Below are positions 59,952-64,000 of a DNA stretch of 64,000 nucleotides, in pieces; position 1 is the first letter of the stretch; each line of letters opens with the position of its first letter. The DNA comes from an uncultured Alphaproteobacteria bacterium. Its GTDB lineage: Bacteria > Pseudomonadota > Alphaproteobacteria > SP197. The stretch is taken from the NCBI GenBank assembly GCA_958295695.1, contig OY282363.1, positions 1,738,225 to 1,802,224 on the forward strand, written 5' to 3'. The notes below the pieces were generated by a model. The model had not been told where the DNA came from. It ran no database searches and saw only the letters and a program-made list of their open reading frames with translations. The position numbers and the translations under genes were made by a program.

Positions 59952-60741
59952 GCGCGTGCTGGGGCCCAGGGATCCGCCGCCGTTCGAGTTGGCGAACCCC
60001 GAAGGCCGGGGACCCTGCCTGATCGTCTGCGACCACGCCTCGCACATCATCCCGGAATCGCTCAGCGACCTCGGCGTCGCGCCCGGTCACCGCCGCGAGC
60101 ACATCGCCTGGGACATCGGCGCTTCCGTCATGGCGCGCCGGCTCGCCGAACGTTTCGACGCGCCGGCGGTTCTGGCGGGCTATTCGCGCCTTGTGGTGGA
60201 CTGCAACCGCTATCTCGACGACCCCGCGGCCTTCGCGCATGTCAGCGACGCCGTCGCCGTTCCCGGAAACGCGACGATGACCGACACGGAACGGGCGCGG
60301 CGGGTCTCGAGCATCTATCGGCCGTATCACAACGCCATCCACGACCGGCTGGAGGACTTCGAGGACAGAGGGATCGCGCCTGTCGTGATCGCCTGCCACA
60401 CCATGACCCGTCGCCCGCGCGGAAAGGACCCCCGGCCCCAGGAGTTCGTCGTGTGCTGGGACCGGGACGACCGTCTCGCCGGGCCGGTCCTGGACCGGCT
60501 CGGCGCCCGGGACGACATCGTCGTCGGCGACAACGACCCCTATGCCCTCAACCTCGGCGAGGACTACACCATTCCGGAGCACGCCATGCGCCGGGGCCTG
60601 CCGCACCTTCAGTTCGAGGTCCGCCAGGATCTGGTCGCCGCCCCCGGCGACGCGGTGCGCTGGGCCGATTTCGTCCACGACCTCACGGCCGATCTTGTCG
60701 CCGATGCGGAACTGCGTACCGTGAAGCTCTACTGGCCCTGA
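59926..60741 (+). CDS. N-formylglutamate amidohydrolase family (HutG-like, PF05013)
   Basis: FGase-like motifs (CDHASHIIP; VDCNR). The start is ambiguous: ATG 59926 overlaps the upstream gene by 26 bp, and GTG 59956 is an alternative. Confidence 0.65.
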   Translation: MSPASRDGRRVLGPRDPPPFELANPEGRGPCLIVCDHASHIIPESLSDLGVAPGHRREHIAWDIGASVMARRLAERFDAPAVLAGYSRLVVDCNRYLDDPAAFAHVSDAVAVPGNATMTDTERARRVSSIYRPYHNAIHDRLEDFEDRGIAPVVIACHTMTRRPRGKDPRPQEFVVCWDRDDRLAGPVLDRLGARDDIVVGDNDPYALNLGEDYTIPEHAMRRGLPHLQFEVRQDLVAAPGDAVRWADFVHDLTADLVADAELRTVKLYWP

Positions 60742-60751
60742 GGAGTCCGCG

Positions 60752-61900
60752 ATGGCGCCGCCGCTCGACCGCCGCCCGAACCATGCGCTCATCGGCGCGC
60801 CCGGCTCGCGCGAACGGCTGGCCACGCCGGCGCTCGTGCTCGATCTCGACGCCTTCGAGGCCAACGTGGGCGCCATGGCCGGCTGGGCCGGGGAGCACGG
60901 CCTCGGCCTTCGCCCCCACGCCAAGACCCACAAGAGCTCGATCATCGCCCGGAAGCAGGTCGAGGCCGGCGCCTTGGGAAACTGCGCCGCCACGCTGGCC
61001 GAGGCCGAGGTGCTCGTCGATGCGGGCATCCCCGGCGTCCTGATCACGTCCACCGTGGTGACCGGTGCCAGCATCCGGCGTCTGGTCGAACTCAACGACA
61101 GGGCGGAAGGTCTGATGGCGGTCGTGGACGATCCGTCGAACGTCGACGCCCTCGACGCGGCGGCGGGCGACGGCGGGAACCTCCTGCGCATCCTGGTCGA
61201 TGTCGAAGTGGGCGGCGGGCGGACGGGAGCGGCGACGCCGGCGGCGGCGGTCGACCTGATTGACCGGATTACCGCAAGCCCCAACCTGCGCTTTGGCGGC
61301 GTCCAGGCCTACGACGGCGGCGTGCAGGCGATCGCGGACTTCGGCGCGCGCCGCCGGGCCGCCGCGACCGATATGGAACCGTTGCGCCAGACGATGGCGG
61401 AGACGCGGCGGCGCGGCGTCGTCGTGCCGCTGGTCACGGGCGGCGGCACCGGCACCCACGACATCGACCGGATCGACGGCCTCTTCACGGAGATCCAAGC
61501 GGGCTCCTACATCGTCATGGATGCGATCTACAACGCCTGCGACCTTCGCGGCGCCGGCGCGGTCGTGTTCCGGACGGCGCTGTTCGTCAGGACGACGGTG
61601 GTCAGCACGGCCAAGGAGGGGTATGTCACGACCGACGCCGGCCTCAAGGCCTTCAGCGTGGGCGCGGGCGATCCGGTCATCGCCGGCGGCGCGCCCCGGG
61701 GCGCGGTCTATACCTTCATGGGCGACGAGCACGGCCGGATCGCCTTCGCCGAAGAGGGACACGGCATGGCGCTGGGCGATCAGGTGGAGTGCGTGACGCC
61801 CCACTGCGACCCCACCATCGCGCTCTACGATTGCTACCATGCGGTGCGCGGCGATACGCTGGTCGACATCTGGCCGATCGACGCGCGCGGCCATTGGTGA
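60752..61900 (+). CDS. DSD1 / alanine-racemase-N-domain-like PLP enzyme (D-serine deaminase or D-threonine aldolase-like)
   Basis: 382 aa. PLP-lysine context (RPHAKTHKS) and fold-type III architecture with a C-terminal beta-domain. Confidence 0.7.
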   Translation: MAPPLDRRPNHALIGAPGSRERLATPALVLDLDAFEANVGAMAGWAGEHGLGLRPHAKTHKSSIIARKQVEAGALGNCAATLAEAEVLVDAGIPGVLITSTVVTGASIRRLVELNDRAEGLMAVVDDPSNVDALDAAAGDGGNLLRILVDVEVGGGRTGAATPAAAVDLIDRITASPNLRFGGVQAYDGGVQAIADFGARRRAAATDMEPLRQTMAETRRRGVVVPLVTGGGTGTHDIDRIDGLFTEIQAGSYIVMDAIYNACDLRGAGAVVFRTALFVRTTVVSTAKEGYVTTDAGLKAFSVGAGDPVIAGGAPRGAVYTFMGDEHGRIAFAEEGHGMALGDQVECVTPHCDPTIALYDCYHAVRGDTLVDIWPIDARGHW

Positions 61901-61921
61901 CCGGTACTGGGGGAGAACGGG

Positions 61922-62500
61922 ATGTCCGTCGCGGTGGAACGCAACAAGGCGATCGGGGAGGCGCTCGACAAGGTCCGCGCCATCGAGGCCGAGCAGGGCG
62001 TCACCCGGGCGGCGCTCGACGACATCCGCGAGGTCATGATCGGCTTGGCCAGCCGCACGGAGCTCTTTCCCGAAGAGGACTTCCCGGTTCCCGAAGACGC
62101 CGGCGGCGAGGGGTTCGACGTGTTGTCGGTCGACGACGACGGCCGCTTCGAGCTCTACATGGAGGTCGCGAACAAGCATGTGACCACGCCGCCCCACAAC
62201 CACACGACCTGGGCCGTGGTGGCCGGGATCCGCGGACTCGAGCTCAACCGGATCTACGAGGGCGTCGGCGGTCCGATGGGCGAGGCCCCGCCGAGGGTCG
62301 CGCGCGAGGTCGAGGTGAAGAAAGGCGCGGGCGTCTGCCTGATGCCCGACGACTACCACTCGATCCACATGGAGCCCGGCGAACTCAACATGCACCTCCA
62401 TCTCTACGGTCTGGGTTTCGCGCATCTCAAGGGCCGGAAGATGTACGACGAGGATAGCGGCGCGTACCGCGGCTTCGACTCCGCGCTGCCGGATGAATGA
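61922..62500 (+). CDS. Cupin-fold protein, cysteine-dioxygenase type I-like
   Basis: 192 aa. PHNHTTWAVVAGIRGLE resembles the CDO 3-His metal motif region. Weak assignment. Confidence 0.45.
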   Translation: MSVAVERNKAIGEALDKVRAIEAEQGVTRAALDDIREVMIGLASRTELFPEEDFPVPEDAGGEGFDVLSVDDDGRFELYMEVANKHVTTPPHNHTTWAVVAGIRGLELNRIYEGVGGPMGEAPPRVAREVEVKKGAGVCLMPDDYHSIHMEPGELNMHLHLYGLGFAHLKGRKMYDEDSGAYRGFDSALPDE

Positions 62501-64000
62501 GCGCCCCGCGTCTCGGGTCGGCGGCGCTGAGGGAGCGCCTTCTCGAAGGCGGCGAATTCGCTCTCCTCGATGTTCGTGAATCCCGGCCGTTCGCGGCCGG
62601 GCACATCCTGACGGCCAACAACGTCCCCCTGTCCCGGCTGGAACTGCGCATCGGCCCTCTCGTTCCGCGCAAGGCGACCGCGATCTGCCTCACCGACGGC
62701 GGCGATGGCCATGCCGACCGGGCGGCGCCGGCGCTGACGGGTCTGGGCTACACGGATCTGGCCGTCCACGACGGCGGCGCGCCGGCGTGGACGGCGGCGG
62801 GATTCGAGCTCTTCGAAGGCGTCAACGCGCCTTCCAAGGCGTTCGGCGAGGCGGTCGAGGCGGTCTGCCGCACGCCCGCGCTCGACGCCGCGGAGGTCAA
62901 GGCGCGGATCGACTCGGGCGAGGACCTCGTCGTTCTCGACGGCCGGCCATGGGACGAATACCGCGAGTTCAATATTCCCGGCGGAATCGACTGTCCCAAC
63001 TCGGAGCTGGCCTATCGCGTGCGCGACCTCGCGCCCGATCCGGAGACGACCATCGTGGTCAACTGCGCCGGCCGCACCCGTTCGATCGTCGGGGCCCAGA
63101 CCCTGCGCAACGCGGGCGTGGCCAATCCGGTCTTCGCGCTGCGCAACGGCACGATCGGTTGGGAGTGGGCGGGGTTCGATCTGGAGCGCGGTGCTACGCG
63201 GCGCTACGGCGCCGTATCGGACGCCGCGCGCGCGTGGTCATGGAAACGGTGCGACGCGCTGGCGCGGCGGGCCGGTGTCGAAACGATCGGGCTCGACACC
63301 CTGGCCCGGTGGCGCCGCGAGGCCCACGCCGCGACGCTCTACATCTTCGACGTCCGAGACCCCGAGGAACATGCGTCCGGAACCCTGCGCGGCGCGTCGT
63401 CGGCGCAGGGCACGCAACTCGTGCAGGCGACGGACGACTGGGTCGCGGTGCGCGACGCTCGCATCGTCCTGGTCGATGACACGGGCGTCAGGGCGCGCGT
63501 GACCGCCCACTGGCTCAAGCAGTTGCTCTATCCGAACGTGGCCGTGCTGGACGCCGATGTGCGCGACCGCGCCGAGGCCGTTCCGGAACGGCGGCGGCCG
63601 GATGCGCCCGCCATCGCGCCGTCCGAGGCCGCCGGTCGCCCGATCCTCGATCTGTCCTCGTCGCTCTCCTTTCTCGCGGCGCACCCGGCGGGCGCTTTCT
63701 GGGGCCTGCGTTCGCGGCTGGACGACGTCGCGGCGGGTCTTCCGCCCGGCCGCCCCGTCGCGCTGCTGGACGACGAGGGCGGCCATCTGTCCTCGCTCGC
63801 GCTGCCCGAGCTCGGGGCGCGCGGGATCGAGGCGGCGCTCCTCGACGGCGGGCTTGCCGCATGGAAGGCGGCTGGGCTGGCCCTGGCGCCGGGACGGGAC
63901 GGTATGCTGTGCGCCATGGACGATGTGGCCGACGTCCCGTTCGAGCTGGCGGACGATCCCGAGGCGGCCAAGCGCCGCTATATCGAGTGGGAGCTGCAAC
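62497..64000 (+). CDS. Multi-domain rhodanese-like sulfurtransferase (3' end outside window)
   Basis: ATG at 62497 (MSAPRLGSAALRERL...) opens a frame with no stop to the window end, so it is absent from the ORF track. Repeated rhodanese modules are present (NCAGRTRSIVGAQTLRNAG; LVDDTGVRARVTAHWL). Confidence 0.65.
   Translation, partial: MSAPRLGSAALRERLLEGGEFALLDVRESRPFAAGHILTANNVPLSRLELRIGPLVPRKATAICLTDGGDGHADRAAPALTGLGYTDLAVHDGGAPAWTAAGFELFEGVNAPSKAFGEAVEAVCRTPALDAAEVKARIDSGEDLVVLDGRPWDEYREFNIPGGIDCPNSELAYRVRDLAPDPETTIVVNCAGRTRSIVGAQTLRNAGVANPVFALRNGTIGWEWAGFDLERGATRRYGAVSDAARAWSWKRCDALARRAGVETIGLDTLARWRREAHAATLYIFDVRDPEEHASGTLRGASSAQGTQLVQATDDWVAVRDARIVLVDDTGVRARVTAHWLKQLLYPNVAVLDADVRDRAEAVPERRRPDAPAIAPSEAAGRPILDLSSSLSFLAAHPAGAFWGLRSRLDDVAAGLPPGRPVALLDDEGGHLSSLALPELGARGIEAALLDGGLAAWKAAGLALAPGRDGMLCAMDDVADVPFELADDPEAAKRRYIEWELQ

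Noticed and set aside
63238-63999. 253-aa and overlapping minus-strand ORFs near the window end
   Set aside because: Antisense to the rhodanese-repeat coding frame, which shows clear rhodanese active-site motifs.

Overview
GC-rich (~68-70% GC) bacterial chromosomal window. The gene content (DUF1127 protein, NDUFS4-like complex-I subunit, Pha/Mrp-type antiporter module, aerobic Cox-type maturation genes) points to an alphaproteobacterium. Coding density is high. Many long R/G/P-rich ORFs in the six-frame track are GC artefacts and were ignored. Supportable features are glmS (3' end), a 16S-rRNA/tRNA modification operon (rsmI, a Tgt paralogue, an Rmt/ArmA-family 16S rRNA methyltransferase homologue, a secreted nuclease), an NDP-forming acyl-CoA synthetase, a Rieske oxygenase with an HCCA-isomerase-like gene, dps, ilvA, Cox/Xdh-type Mo-enzyme maturation genes (coxD, coxE, xdhC, a MoeA/MobA-like fusion), a ydbH-ynbE-ydbL operon interrupted by an IS1595-family element carrying a passenger gene, coxG-coxS-coxM with no large subunit, directly preceded by an Mbh-type-ordered Mrp-like antiporter module (E-F-G-B'-B-C-D-D-D), tRNA-Pro(TGG) and tRNA-Arg(TCT), a sulfur amino-acid gene block (cysK, alaX, sseA, metC-like, a dehydratase), an SDR pseudogene, ppk1-ppx, a GS-like/amidohydrolase/isochorismatase block, a liv-type ABC transporter, and aminotransferase, HutG-like, DSD1-like, CDO-like and multi-rhodanese genes. 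The two most unusual items are (i) the Mrp/Mbh-like membrane module co-oriented and tightly linked with CoxG plus FeS/FAD subunits that lack a Mo catalytic subunit, and (ii) the rsmI / Tgt-paralogue / FmrO-type methyltransferase operon, whose Tgt paralogue has lost its zinc-site cysteines and contains a 71-bp, ~17% GC in-frame segment that still encodes the conserved Tgt motif.
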